A stretch of DNA of 64,000 bases from Botryllus schlosseri (lineage: Eukaryota). The notes under the pieces are model-generated. The model was given only the letters and a program-made list of their open reading frames with translations. It was not told the origin of the DNA and did no database searches. Location: contig CM119372.1 of NCBI GenBank assembly GCA_051294905.1, forward strand, positions 558,001 to 622,000. The letters run 5' to 3'. The translations under genes and the position numbers were made by a program. Of this stretch, positions 1 to 11,690 are shown piece by piece; the first letter of the stretch is position 1; every line of letters begins with the position of its first letter.

Positions 1-1192
1 CTAACTTTAGGATGCAGTGCAGAGTTTTGCGGTATTATGTAACAGTTAATGAACAACCTCTAAACCTGGAGATTCTGGTTCGTTTTTGCCTTGAAGTATA
101 TTTTCCAACTTGGTTTGAGATCAAGGGAAACAAACATATAACACATGGACCCAGAAACATCTTCAACTTGATTAAACAGGTTTTGAATTTCTCTGACCGA
201 AACGTTCGAAAAATTGCTCCGAATGTGGTGATAAGAAACGGTTATTCCGCACACCCCGAAAATATTATGATTGCAATGCTGGTAGATGATAATGAAGACA
301 TACGAAATAAGGGTGTGACCAAGGTGCTTGCGTTTCGAAAACATGCCGCTGAATAAAATTCACTTGTGGACAATGAAAGTCATAGCAGTTCCAACCAATT
401 GAACTGGGGTCCTATTCGTTTATTCTGTGTCCCAAAGCCAAGGCATACCACGAATTGGTTGATATTGAACCTTATCAACAACTTCCTCCAACGATTGAGC
501 ACTTAACTGATGCAGAGTTAGAAGAATGCCGCGAGAAGCCTCTGATTTTGTTTCATCCATGCCACAATCAAACAGTGGAACGACATGTAAAGCTCGTAAC
601 AGAAGCATCAGCACTAGTTTCGGGATTTCAAAGACGAGATGGCCTCATTCGCCGAAAAATTAAGTCTCGTAAACTGATGAAAAAACTTTACAAAAGAATG
701 CATTTTTAATAAAAGTCGTTAAATGTGAGTGTTTCATTATGATGTTTTGAACCGATTTTTAAAAGGACTGTGTTGTGAATATATTTGTAATATGGGCCCA
801 ATATTCGGCATTGCCACTGTGTTGCTTTACTTTAAAAAAAACTAATGACAGATCACAATTCGTCAGAATAAATGCTGAATTTCAACAAAAATGTGCGTAT
901 ATATAGTTTTTTGGCTATAACTCATTTTGTGTTCACAATAGAGAAAACTTTCCTCAGAAGACAGATAGAAACATGATGCTTCCGCAGATTTTGAGCTATA
1001 TATCATGACTCTACGACCAGCGGTTGCCGAGATGGGCCATTTTACCCCCCACGCGCAGAAATTGGGGGGTTGCCGGCTGGAAAATGGGGGCAACACCCTG
1101 AAGTCACTTTTAATTGAAGTTTTAGGTCATTTGTCAGGATTGAGGATGGCCTTTTTTGATTTGAAAAAAAAAGTCATTTTCACTCCACCCTA
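1..1192 (+). mobile_element. 3' end of a hATm-like DNA transposon
   Basis: The transposase remnant is followed by a terminus ...cactccacccta (reverse complement TAGGGTGGAGTG), a TAGGGTG-type end. The left end lies outside the window, so TIR pairing and TSD cannot be confirmed. Confidence 0.5.
12..709 (+). pseudogene. Decayed C-terminal part of a DNA transposase, hAT-like (probably hATm-type)
   Basis: Two ORF pieces in different frames (12-356, 455-709) carry YFPTWFEIK, HPENIMIAML and PCHNQTVERHVKLVTEAS, which I recognise from invertebrate hATm-like transposases. They are separated by a stop at 354-356 and a frameshift near 420-455. Confidence 0.6.
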
Positions 1193-1200
1193 CTAATCAG

Positions 1201-1276
1201 GTCTTTGGTATGACCCGGCCGGGGATCGAACCCACGACCTACCGCTCAAGAACCCGGATGCTTAACCATTACGCTA
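1201..1276 (-). mobile_element. tRNA-derived SINE head
   Basis: Minus strand reads TAGCGTAATGG (A box) ... GGTTCGATCC (B box), then GGGTCATACCAAAGAC. There is no acceptor stem, so it is SINE-like rather than a tRNA gene. Confidence 0.65.
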
Positions 1277-2120
1277 TTTTGTTGGTTTGTTATGAATTAC
1301 TCCCAACAGCATCTTACAAAACTTTTCTTTGATATGAGCTCACACCAAGATTGTAATGACCCAAGTTGAATGTTTCTTAAATGACTCGACTCAACTTGTA
1401 AAAAAGTAAGTATTCTAGGTCTAGTTTTGTCTTAAAAAACTTGAAACTGAAGTAGAAATAGTCAAATGTCGTAACCGCTAATGGAAGTAGTGCAAGTAGG
1501 CAAAACCTACTTGAGTACTTTAACAAAGTGGTTAATAGCGAGACAAATAAATATATTAAGGGTGCGAGAGATTAATTTAACCCGAGCAGAGTTATAAAAT
1601 AATAAGTATGACTTGGAGTTGAGTGTCAACTCTGTGACTCGGACATAAATTGAAAAATGACTCTAGTCAAAACTACGAAAGTACGATTGCCTTGTGACTT
1701 TGCTAACACCAAGGTTTGTACACATGTACAATACGGTTGTTTAGAATTCACCGAAAAAAAAGTCATGGTTTTCAGTCCATTTCCCATGCCTTATCCCCTA
1801 AAAACATATTCTAGCTACTTTTTTCTGTAACTCATCCCTCGCATCTGTGTGCATGTTGAGCTGGAAGAATATCGGCTGAAAATGAAGGATTCCCCTAAAA
1901 TTTGAGTGCCGCGATTTTACCTAGCCTACTAAAATGTCATTTATGTCAGGGTTTAAGCAGCTGCTGTGGTTTGTGGGGATGCAAAACCTCACTATATACA
2001 TTTTTCCGAGTTCAGGACACCATTTTCATATTGCACACTGCCTTGGACATCCTCAAACTTACTGATTTGTAACTTTGTTGTATTATTTCTTGACATCTTA
2101 TCAGGGTTGTCGGTACAGTG

Positions 2121-2383
2121 CAGTGGTTCTCAAACTGGGGGTCGTGAAAGCATCTGAGGGGAGGCGCGAAGCTGCGGTCAACTGAAATTTGTTTTAGCGC
2201 GATTTACCTCCCTTCAGATGCTTCATGGTTGTTGCTCTGTGCATAGTCCAAATTTGATATTTGAGAATTATCTCCTCCACAGTCATAACCGTCCATGCCA
2301 TCAAAAATTCTGGTTGCATTTTGTAATATGACGGCACTATTACTATCGTCAAGGGGGGCGTGTCTAAAGTTTAAGAACCACTA
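2121..2383. mobile_element. hAT-type MITE (CAGTGGTTCT ends)
   Basis: Ends cagtggttct ... agaaccacta with imperfect 8-bp flanks gtacagtg/gtatagcg. A related copy lies in the opposite orientation at 30292-30609. Confidence 0.6.
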
Positions 2384-3101
2384 GTATAGCGGAATGGAAA
2401 TATGGGGAATAGCGCAAACGTACCAGAAAATTTCAAATTAACAAAACCTCTTTCGTGGGAAGCACACGATTCCACGTTGGTATTTCTATATGGGGCGTGT
2501 CATTTTCCTCTGCTGTTCGCATCTGTGGGGCTCAGATTGCAAATTGCGGTACTATATTAAAATCGAAAAACGGATTATTGAATTGAATCACAGTAGACTG
2601 CGCATAGTGCCAAGAAAATTTCAACATTAGTCAAAATCTCTCAAATATTCTGCAGTCAATTCATAAATTCAATTTGCTTGTCGATGGCCGCCATCTGCCA
2701 ACACGTACTAATCAAATGACTTGTCACAGCCGCGCAAATTTCCTTCTACGGCCAGAGGTTGCCCACCCCTGTCTTATGAGATATGAAAAGCCTTTTATAA
2801 TATACTAATTTACTCACTCTAAACGTGTTTATTGAAAGAGATAGAAGACAGTTTTTGGGCCCATTTTGCAATGATTGTGCCTGATATACGAGACTTGAAT
2901 AAATCATTTAGAATGCGTCCATTGCATGTCGAGTCAATACACAAATTGACTCGAGTCGAGCCATGAATCTAGTCATCACAACCCTGGCTCTGGCTCACAC
3001 TATAGCAGACCTGATCCGTCACCACTGATATTCTCCCATTCAAAATCCAATTGCCTTATATTTCACAGAACCCAGTCAAATTAAGACTTACCGGTACAGT
3101 A

Positions 3102-4613
3102 ATGGCCGACCCAGATTGGGGTTTCGCTTGCGAACCGTGCGGAAAACATTTTGAATTCGAGATTGACTACAAGAGGCACATGAGCAAGCACCACAACGAG
3201 GGAAGATTAACTTGTGACATATGCGGTAGAGTTTTCCTACATAGTAACAATTTGAAAAGGCACCGTGGTGGTCATGTTGAAGGAAAATGTCTCAAATGTC
3301 ACATTTGCGGCAAAGCATTTTATCGTAAAGACAATATGGATAAACATATTCATCTGCATTCGGGAAGAAAAGATTTTGAATGTGAGATATGTGGTCGGAA
3401 GTTCCCGGACGCCACTCGATGCTCTAAACATCTCAGGGCTGTTCATCATGATGAATTCAGAGTAGAATGCAGCATTTGTAACAAGACATTCACGAATAAA
3501 CGTGTCCTGCGGCGGCACGTTAAATCTAATCATTTCAGCGAAAGAGACTACAAATGCGAACTATGCCACAAAACGTTTAACCGCAAAGATAATCTGAAAG
3601 CTCACACGAAGACAGTGCATGCGGCCATAGATCCGGTAAAGTGTCAGATATGCGGTAAAACATATCCGCACCCTTACAGCTTATTGAATCACATGATCAT
3701 TCACAATGAAAAGAACAGGTGGCCTTGTGATGTTTGTGGAAAGACTATGAAGGGACGTAACGCATTGGCAAGGCACAAGAAGATCCATTTTAATGACAGA
3801 ACATTCAAATGTGGCACTTGCGGCAAAATGTTTCTTCGCAACGACACGTTACATGTGCATGAGCAGACGCATTTACTCACAGAAGATCACGAATGTGAGA
3901 TATGTGGAAAGTGCTTTAAAACGAAAGACTACTTGAGAATACACCTAGGCACGCATTTTGGGGAGAAAAAACACAAATGTAGCATATGCGGCAAAAGTTT
4001 TCGGGACGCGAAAGGCTATCGGAAGCATCAGCGCACGCATCAAAACGTCGCTGGAAAGCACGGATGCAATGTATGTGGTAGAAGATTTCTAACGAAAGAG
4101 CAGTTACAGCGGCATTATTTTTTGCACGAGAAAGTCAAAGGCGTGAATTGTCAGTTTTGTAACGCGCCAATGGGATCCTGCAGTCATACCAAGAGAGTTA
4201 TGTTGAGATGTGAGATATGTGACGGTGAGTTTACAACAAGAGTAAATCTCCAAAATCATATATCCCGGCATTTGGGAGAGAAGAATTTCGTGTGTAAGAT
4301 ATGCGAGAAAGGCTTCATTTGTAAAGCGCGTTTGGTGAAACATACCAAAACGCATTTCTGTCCGAAAGACCACAAATGTGACATATGCGGAAAAGGCTTT
4401 GCAAGAAGAGACATCCTGGCGGGGCACAGACTTGTTCACGCGCCTAAAAAATTCAGGTGTGACATTTGCAATCAGTACTTCGTCACGAAATCCAGCCTGA
4501 ACGCCCATCTGGACCGTCACCAGTCGGAGTCGGATCGGGAATGTAAGATATGCGGAAAACTTCTCGCGCTCCCTCGCAATTTAGCAAGGCATTTCGTCAC
4601 TCATTTTAAGTAG
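3102..4613 (+). CDS. Multi-C2H2 zinc finger protein (17 canonical fingers plus 1 degenerate), about 503 aa
   Basis: Uninterrupted ORF of tandem CxxC-x12-HxxxH units. First ATG at 3102 (the track's 3051 start is TTG). A splice-acceptor-like tttcacag at 3061-3068 suggests an upstream exon is possible. Confidence 0.9.
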   Translation: MADPDWGFACEPCGKHFEFEIDYKRHMSKHHNEGRLTCDICGRVFLHSNNLKRHRGGHVEGKCLKCHICGKAFYRKDNMDKHIHLHSGRKDFECEICGRKFPDATRCSKHLRAVHHDEFRVECSICNKTFTNKRVLRRHVKSNHFSERDYKCELCHKTFNRKDNLKAHTKTVHAAIDPVKCQICGKTYPHPYSLLNHMIIHNEKNRWPCDVCGKTMKGRNALARHKKIHFNDRTFKCGTCGKMFLRNDTLHVHEQTHLLTEDHECEICGKCFKTKDYLRIHLGTHFGEKKHKCSICGKSFRDAKGYRKHQRTHQNVAGKHGCNVCGRRFLTKEQLQRHYFLHEKVKGVNCQFCNAPMGSCSHTKRVMLRCEICDGEFTTRVNLQNHISRHLGEKNFVCKICEKGFICKARLVKHTKTHFCPKDHKCDICGKGFARRDILAGHRLVHAPKKFRCDICNQYFVTKSSLNAHLDRHQSESDRECKICGKLLALPRNLARHFVTHFK

Positions 4614-4929
4614 GTCTAGTATAATTAAGAGCGTGATGTCGGTGATCTAATATAATTTGTTAAATATTTCTATGCTCTTATTTGAATTCTAAGATTATTT
4701 ATGGTTTTCCTGAAAATGCTGAACTTGGTGTACAGACATTGACAGAGGTGGTCAAGGCGGTACTCATATAAAAACAGAAGTAGCAGAGTAACAGAAGTAA
4801 ACCAAGTATTCTCGGCCTGATTTAAAAAAAAAAACTGAAAAGTGTCAACTAGAAGTAATCTAATGTCATAACTACTTGATGAAGTAGTTCCAGTAGGCAA
4901 AATCTACTTGAAGTGCTTTGAAAAGTAGG

Positions 4930-5400
4930 ACATTCGTCATTCTCGTGCTTGTGACATTGAACTCACTGAAATTGAATTTTGTTGCATTTCTTTCTGAATA
5001 GGAATAGAATTCAATTTCCAGGTTTTCGCAAATTCGGTAATTCTAATCTAATTTGAAAAAAATTGACTGATAGCTAGGCCTACGCGGTTTTGTTTACAAA
5101 TTAGACTAGAATTAGAACGATAATTACACATTTTTTCCGCAAATTAGATTGGAATTATTGCTACAGCTACATATTTTTATACAAATTAGAATTAGAATGA
5201 TGGCTACAGTTTTCTTTCCCAAATTAGATTAGAATTTAAATGATAGCTACAGTTGATTTCCAAATTAGATTAGAATTAGAACAAGAGATGCAGTTTTTTT
5301 TTTTAAATTAGATTTACTTATAGAAGATTTTCGTTGTATTTCTTTCTGATTCAATTTCCAAAATAAAACTTTCCGGTTATCATTCTAATTATAACTTAAT
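4930..5400. repeat. Dispersed repeat containing a ~43-bp AAATTAGATTAGAATTAGAATGATAGCTAC minisatellite
   Basis: About 5 degenerate units at 5095-5315. The same motif recurs near 28.3, 32.7, 34.0, 48.1, 54.5-55.3 and 58.3 kb. Confidence 0.75.
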
Positions 5401-7447
5401 TTTGAAAAATTGAAAATTTTAATAGTGTTCCGACCATGAAGCTCATTCTCAGTAGTACCCTTCTTTGCTCTTTGAGCATTTCAAGCAAAATTCTGAGAAG
5501 AATGTTTCCGAACGATCTTTTGAACATCAGAAAACAAATCATACAGACTTGTACTGAGTCACGTTAACTATACTGCATTTACATGTTTAAAAAATATGAT
5601 TTGTTGCATATTGAAGTTCTTACTATATCTTACCTCTATAGCATTTTTCACTTGTGAACTATATATTATAACTCAAGTACTCAATCCGACTGCCAACTTA
5701 TATTACTTTCTGCTCACAGATGTAACTGCTTTCTATCAACTGCCCATAATTATATTATCAGATCTGAAGTCTTCAAACTACCTATGTATGTTAATATTTG
5801 ATACGTAACGCAGTGTTGGGATCAATTCATTACCTTTGAGTTGCAAATTATTTTTGAATTATTGCAAATTTTGACTCGAGTCAAGTCATTTGAAAATATT
5901 TCAAATCGCTATCTTTGATTCACAAGTTATTTTGAATCTGTGCAAATTTTGGGACGAATCTAGTCATTTCAAAACGTTTGAAATGATGTCATGCAAATTT
6001 TCAATGTGACTCCACTAATGACAAATTTTCCAATTCTGAGTCAATTTCAAGTCATCAGATAGTTGTCGTTTGAACGGTATGATTTTTTGTGTGTATTGTC
6101 TTTTGATTGCGATTCTTATTCAATATAAACTGTCTGTCAACTCCGAGTTCAGGAAATAAAATATTGAATTTCATAATATGGTAACAACAGTTTCCCTTAA
6201 ACGTGAAATTCGAGGCTCCCGATTCAAGAGTATCAAATCCGTTTCAATCTTGTATGTCCTGATTAGCGTAGTAACGTTATGGGAATAACAAAGAACAACA
6301 GATCCGTCTTTCGCAGGTATTTGCTGTAGCCTGTGGGTAGCTGGCACTACAGGAAAATGTGGACAGGAATAAATGGGGTGCTAACTCAATAACCTTGTGG
6401 CTTCTTTGAGAGGTCGTCAAAGAAGTTATCTCTGTAGAAGCAGTGACGTTAATTTCTACTCGTGTAAAAGTAGTAGGCCAACGATTTCCAAGTAAGTTGG
6501 AAAGTATTGATTTTAGGCCTAGTTTTACTTGAAAAAATGAACACTACTTCAAGTTGTAATGTTTTCGGGATACTTGCACTTTCGGAAGCAGTACTGCTTA
6601 CCTTTTTGATTTTGTATATTGTTAAGTAGAAATTGGTGTCTATTTAGGCGTACTCCCCTTTTACGAATGAAATGGTCCTGACAGTCTAGCGGAGAGAGGT
6701 GAAGAAGTGCTGGAATACACCGCCATATGCGCAGGCGTCCTCTCCAGGGTTGCCAACTACAGGAAGGCCATGGGAGCTAAATTGTTAGCAAAATAGTGCC
6801 AAATGATCTTTCGTATTCAAAGCATCTCTATGTAAATAAAGAGGACTGCCTTTCAACAATCCGATTAAGCAAGAATTAGGCTGCAGGAGGAAGATCGCAT
6901 AACCTACGTTTTGGTGAGATTTATTTTAGTCTGCATGTGGTCGTCGAGGCAAATCTGCAGAAGTCCACAGTTATACGATAAAAGTGGCACGAATACGACT
7001 CTCGGCAAACGATATTGGCCTCTGTTAAGTATCAGTTTAATAATATTTTCATAATTTCAAAACGCCACAAAACCGCGATACAATGAAAAAGAAGGAAGGC
7101 GTCGTAACGACTTGGAGTAGTCTTTGATATCAGACACCCACCGTGGCATAGGGCCTAGGCGAAGCAGAGAAGAGGCATATACTGCACACTGAATGAAAAC
7201 GGCTTCTTGGAGGTACAGAAGTTCAATATACAATTGAATAGTATTTTCATTATTCATGTCAGCCGAAAATATTCAGGTTCATTTCACTATGAATATTTGA
7301 ACAGCTTCTTGGAGGTGCAGAACTTCAATATACGCAATTGAATAGTATATTCATATTGAAAAGAACCCGAATATTTTCTGCTGACACTCGTCAGGGGTAA
7401 TCGTCAGCAACTAGTAGTGAAATGAAAGTGTGAGCGACCCTTTCCGA

Positions 7448-7576
7448 TTTCGCATACTCGGAAAGGGTCGCTCAGACTTTCATTTGTGTGCCTTGGAGTC
7501 GACTTTTATCAAAATACACCAGCCAAGGCTGTGTCAACAAAAAGAGTTCGTGTATCATCTAAAAATAGTACATTAA
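7448..7576 (+). pseudogene. C-terminal remnant of a Penelope-like element GIY-YIG endonuclease
   Basis: Translates to FRILGKGRSDFHLCALESTFIKIHQPRLCQQKEFVYHLKIVH*, matching the FxIL...LE..FI...P.L..QKE end of Penelope-like ORFs. It is not in the ORF track because it has no start codon. Confidence 0.75.
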
Positions 7577-7676
7577 ACGCTCTCGTATTCGACATTTCAT
7601 GCTGTGACGTCATATTTTGTGTTACGATTGTTGATATACGCTGTTCTTTTGAATTCGCTACTAGTTGCTGACGATT

Positions 7677-7710
7677 ACCCCTGACGAGTGTCAGCCGAAA
7701 ATATTCGGGT
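7677..7710 (+). ncRNA. Predicted minimal type I hammerhead ribozyme
   Basis: ACCC-CUGACGA-GUGUCAGCC-GAAA-AUAU-UC-GGGU: stem I ACCC/GGGU, core CUGANGA and GAAA, a G-C pair closing stem II, palindromic AAUAUU at stem III, and a UUC cleavage triplet. Confidence 0.75.
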
Positions 7711-8390
7711 TCATTTCAATATGAATATACTATTCAATATGAATATACAATTCAACTGAATGAAAAGTAAGGCGGGGAATATAAAAGGCAGCTGAATATT
7801 TTCGGCTGACACTCGTCAGGGGTAATCGTCAGCAACTAGTAGAGAATTGGAAAGAACATTGTATATCAACAATCGTATCACAAAATATGACGTCACCAGC
7901 ATGAAATTTCGAATGAGAGAGCGTTCAATGTACTATTTTTAGGCGGTACACGAACTCATTTTGTTAACAGAGTTTTGGTTGGTGTATTTTGACAAAAGTC
8001 GACTCCAAGGAACACAAATGGATGGCTGCGATACAATGAAAAGATAGGAAGGTGTCGAAACAACTTGGAGTAGCCTTTAAGATCAGACACCCACCTTAGC
8101 CTAGGCGAAATAAATAAGAGGCATGCACACTGAATGAAAAGTAATGCAGAGAATATAAGACGCAAGCGACAAAATGAGGTGACGTGGCGGAGGGCGAGGT
8201 CGATGTTAGGTCGTGGTCCGATAATCCTGAAGACTGGCTAGTATTGATTTAGAAGAAATTGCTGGTATTTCGACTTGAATGCGGACATGCTCGACGACTG
8301 TCGACTGCCGATTTTTAGACTTAGCGGGCTGTTTAGAGGTGGTTCCACTGCGCTGACAAGATTTTGATTTGTATTTTCGGAATCTGTGCG

Positions 8391-8849
8391 CAGTGGTGGC
8401 TTTTGGGGTGGGCGAGGTGGGCGATCACCCGCCCCCCTGGTCGAAGCCCCCCTCTTTGGTTTATGCGCTTTTTTCAGGGATAATAGCGAATAAACATGGA
8501 AATCCGTGTACCAAGCAAGAATATGATTCCGTACAGATGTGTCAATCATCATCAAATCTCTGCATTTGTTAGAAAAGTCCCGCATCCCTATAATCATAAC
8601 GTCTCTGCATGCGGTAGAATGACTTAGTTTTGATGTAGTCTATCCTTGCACACATGCAATACTAGATATGGTCGAATCCAGCATCTGGCCAAACCTTGAC
8701 GCGATGAAAGATAGATAATTCAAGCAGATGCGAAAGGGGGTCTGGGGGGCGGAGTCCCCCCAGAAGTTACGGTTAGTTACTTATAGGGGGCCCCCGGTAA
8801 GTCTCGCCTGCCCCCCCCCCCCCCCCCCCCGTTCATAGGGCCACCACTG
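8391..8849. mobile_element. hAT-type MITE
   Basis: TIR cagtggtggc/gccaccactg with a perfect 8-bp TSD TCTGTGCG (8383-8390 and 8850-8857). Confidence 0.85.
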
Positions 8850-9064
8850 TCTGTGCGTGACTAACTTCCGGACCAATTATATCAAATTTCAGCGCTCTGG
8901 TCGCTAGCCACAGCACTACCAATTACGCTACTTTTAGATTGCTCAGCAATACGAGACATTGCTTGCCCAAGCGTAACCACCATGAGTTGCGTTTTATCCG
9001 TAGGTTATTTATCTATATCCGTAGGTTTATATAGCTCAGTGATCGAATTTTGCGAGTTGGTGAA

Positions 9065-9639
9065 CTGTATCGCTTCGAAGTATCAAAAGTTGTTCACAAA
9101 TATTTTTCCAATAGTCTCCCTCCTGTGTTTGATGACTTTTTCATACCTGCTAAACATGTCCATTCCCATTACACGAGATCTTCGTCTAAAGGAAACGTCA
9201 ACTTACCCCAACCCAATAGCGACCTAACTAAGAGATCTATCGACTGCTCGGGACCTATCATCTGGAATGCATTACCATCACATATCCGTGAATTGCCTTA
9301 TAATAGATTCAAAAAAGCCCTACTTGATCACCTCTTGTCGTTACACTAACACTGTTGCCCTACCTCGCCCAGACATTGCTTCATTGATCATTTGCTACCA
9401 TTGTTTAATTTTTTTTTCTATTTTCCTTTCCTAACTAAACATTTTTTTACAGCCAGACTGTTCTGAGTCAAGTGTACCTGTTTGATGCTGGTGTGATCAG
9501 ACTAGATGACCTTCACGGTCTTATCGATCATTCCTATCTAATACCGAATACTGCGCACGCATATTTTCTGTACCACCATCACTGCCGTTTGTTATGTATT
9601 TTGGTTCGATGAAAATAAAGACTCTCTCTCTCTCTCTCT
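9065..9639 (+). mobile_element. 5'-truncated L2/CR1-group (Crack/Daphne-like) LINE 3' fragment
   Basis: Frame ...HSHYTRSS...RSIDCSGPIIWNALPSHIR...FKKALLDHL* resembles the ORF2 end of L2/CR1-group LINEs. It is followed by a 3' UTR, AATAAA and a (CT)n tail. A similar tail is on the minus strand at about 28748-28800. Confidence 0.7.
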
Positions 9640-10489
9640 ATACTCCTTCCTACAAGTTCTCCATATTCCAGCCAAGAACGCGAGCGACATCAGGTGGTGT
9701 ATTCATTTTTGTTTACCTCACCTCATAAACCACGCGCACGCGCAATGACATGGTGAAAAATAAAAAATGTGTTGGCGAAAGAATTGAAACCTAACAGGGC
9801 TGATATACCACGTAATTCTGAACGCACAGAACAGCAACGATCGAGTTGGGTTGATCTATTTTCACACGTCAGGTTCAGCTAATATCACAGCTGTCCAGAG
9901 GTGGTTAAAGCAGTAAGGAGAAGTAGGAGCGCAGTGGAATGACTTTATTTTTCAGCACTGCTAGAGCCAGCAGTCCCTGAAATTTTCTGTTCTCTGATTG
10001 TTACTTGTTAGCGTTAGGGTTGAAGTCAGAGGCACAACGAGAATATTCTCAAATCTGGTAACGCTAATATGAAAAAACCTGGATGCACCTTGTACCAGCT
10101 CCAGGGTTTAACCCCTACTCATCTATAGTCAATTAGTCATCTTGGTTGTCTGAACTGAAGTGGTCCTGGCGGAATTTCGGCGGAATGTTTGCACTGAGGT
10201 GAAACATGGCGAATGATCACGTGAAACATTATGGTGAACGAATAGTCAATATTAACCCCTGGCGTATCAAGTGGTCGGAAATGTCGACTTCTCGGGAGGA
10301 ATTTTTGACTAATCACGACTAATTTATTGGAAAACTGAATTTGAAGACAGATTTGATGCAGCGTTATTTCCTCGTTATTCGCTATTTTAATAAATCATAA
10401 AATTATCACACAAACGGTATTGGATTATTCTTCATTACAAAATGATTTTCAGAGTCTACATAGTCCTGGCTTATTCAAAATATGAGACC

Positions 10490-11210
10490 GATATTTGTGT
10501 ACAATTGAAGAGCATATTTATATTGAAATATACCCGAATGGTAATCGTTAACAACTGGCAGAGGATTGGAAAGGACATTGTATACCAACACACGCATCAC
10601 CAAATATGACGTCACCGGCCTGCAATTCCGAATGACCGGGGCTCAATGTAGTCTACTATTCTTAGATGATGCACGAACACCTTCTGTAGCAGTGATGAGC
10701 ATCGGAGCGGAGTCGGAGTGGATTCGGAGCGGAGTTTTGCCGATTTTGTGACAGTCGGAGCGGAGTCGGAGTTTACTACAGATATTTTTTCGGAGAATTT
10801 CGGAGTATTGTAACTTATTTTGTCTCCGATATCTTTGGATAGCTCTGACCAGAATACACTATTGATTATGATTACAAACCAAAACACGGACAGTTGACAC
10901 CTTGTAAAGTTGTAATATGACGGGTAACATGCGAAAATGATTGCCAAGTGCACAAAAATCAGCGATCTGCATGTTCATGTACCATGCTTGCCACTGTTTC
11001 GGATACTTGACGAGATTCTTCGGAGTATCTCGGAGTCTGGGATTGAGCTCTTCGGAGTCGGAGGGAGTTTTCTTCAGACACTAAAGTTGTCGGAGGGATT
11101 CGGAGTCTCGAAAAGCGCTATCCGCTCATCACTGTTCTGTAGGGACAAATCCGATTGGCGGATGTTGATAGAAGTCGACTCCAGGATCGACAAATGAAAG
11201 TGTGAACCAG
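10490..11210 (-). mobile_element. Penelope-like fragment with the ribozyme core deleted, interrupted by a MITE
   Basis: Homologous to 7470-7750 on both sides of the 10690-11134 insertion. At about 10532-10545, acccgaat joins directly to ggtaatc, removing the hammerhead core. Confidence 0.65.
10690..11134. mobile_element. hAT-type MITE with CGGAG(T/C) subterminal repeats
   Basis: TIR cagtgatgagc/gctcatcactg with a perfect 8-bp TSD TTCTGTAG (10682-10689 and 11135-11142). Confidence 0.85.
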
Positions 11211-11297
11211 ACTTGGACAACTAGATAATTATAGTTGTCTGATTTCATTAAATTAGAGCGAAATGCCAGTAATCTAATTCTAATCTAATCTGGAAAA

Positions 11298-11690
11298 GTT
11301 GTTGACGATTACCCCTGACCAGTGTCAGCTGAAATATTCGGGTATATTTCAATATGAATATATTATTCGATTGTACAGCTCCTTGGAGGTACAGAACATC
11401 AATGTACAATTGATTAGCATAGTCATATTGAAATGTACCCGAATATTTTCGGCCGAAACTCGTCAGGGGTAATCGTCATCAACTAGTAGAGATTCACATG
11501 AGCATCGTATATCAACAATCGTATCACAAAATATGACGTCAACAGCATGGAATGTCGAATACTACGAGAGCGTTCAATGTACTATTTTTAGATGATACGC
11601 GAACTCGTTTTGTTGACACAGCGTTGGCTGGTGTATTTTGATAAATGAAAGAGTAAACGACGCTTTCCGAGTATGCGAAATCTGTCGTCT
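11298..11690. mobile_element. Penelope-like pLTR-type copies arranged tail-to-tail
   Basis: A degenerate plus-strand hammerhead (11311-11343) faces a minus-strand copy (11375-11690) that includes the GIY-YIG remnant starting DDRFRILGK. Confidence 0.75.
11437..11470 (-). ncRNA. Predicted minimal type I hammerhead ribozyme
   Basis: Minus strand ACCC-CUGACGA-GUUUCGGCC-GAAA-AUAU-UC-GGGU. Differences from the 7677 copy are confined to loop II. Confidence 0.7.

Larger units (their letters stand above)
7200..8017. mobile_element. Cluster of Penelope-like pLTR-type fragments in alternating orientations
   Basis: A plus-strand copy (about 7448-7750) and an inverted copy (about 7795-8017), plus partial copies at 7200-7415. 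All share the CTAGTTGCTGACGATTACCCCTGACGAGTGTCAGCCGAAAATATTCGGGT block or part of it. Confidence 0.75.

Noticed and set aside
1201..1276. Functional tRNA gene
   Set aside because: A and B boxes are present, but there is no acceptor stem and the sequence runs into a SINE-type body.
7020..7045. U2 snRNA-like string tctgtt..tatcagtttaata
   Set aside because: Only about 20 nt with mismatches, and no U2 5' stem or Sm site, so it is probably chance.
8810..8830. Poly-C run as a G-quadruplex regulatory element
   Set aside because: It lies inside a MITE, and homopolymer length is unreliable.
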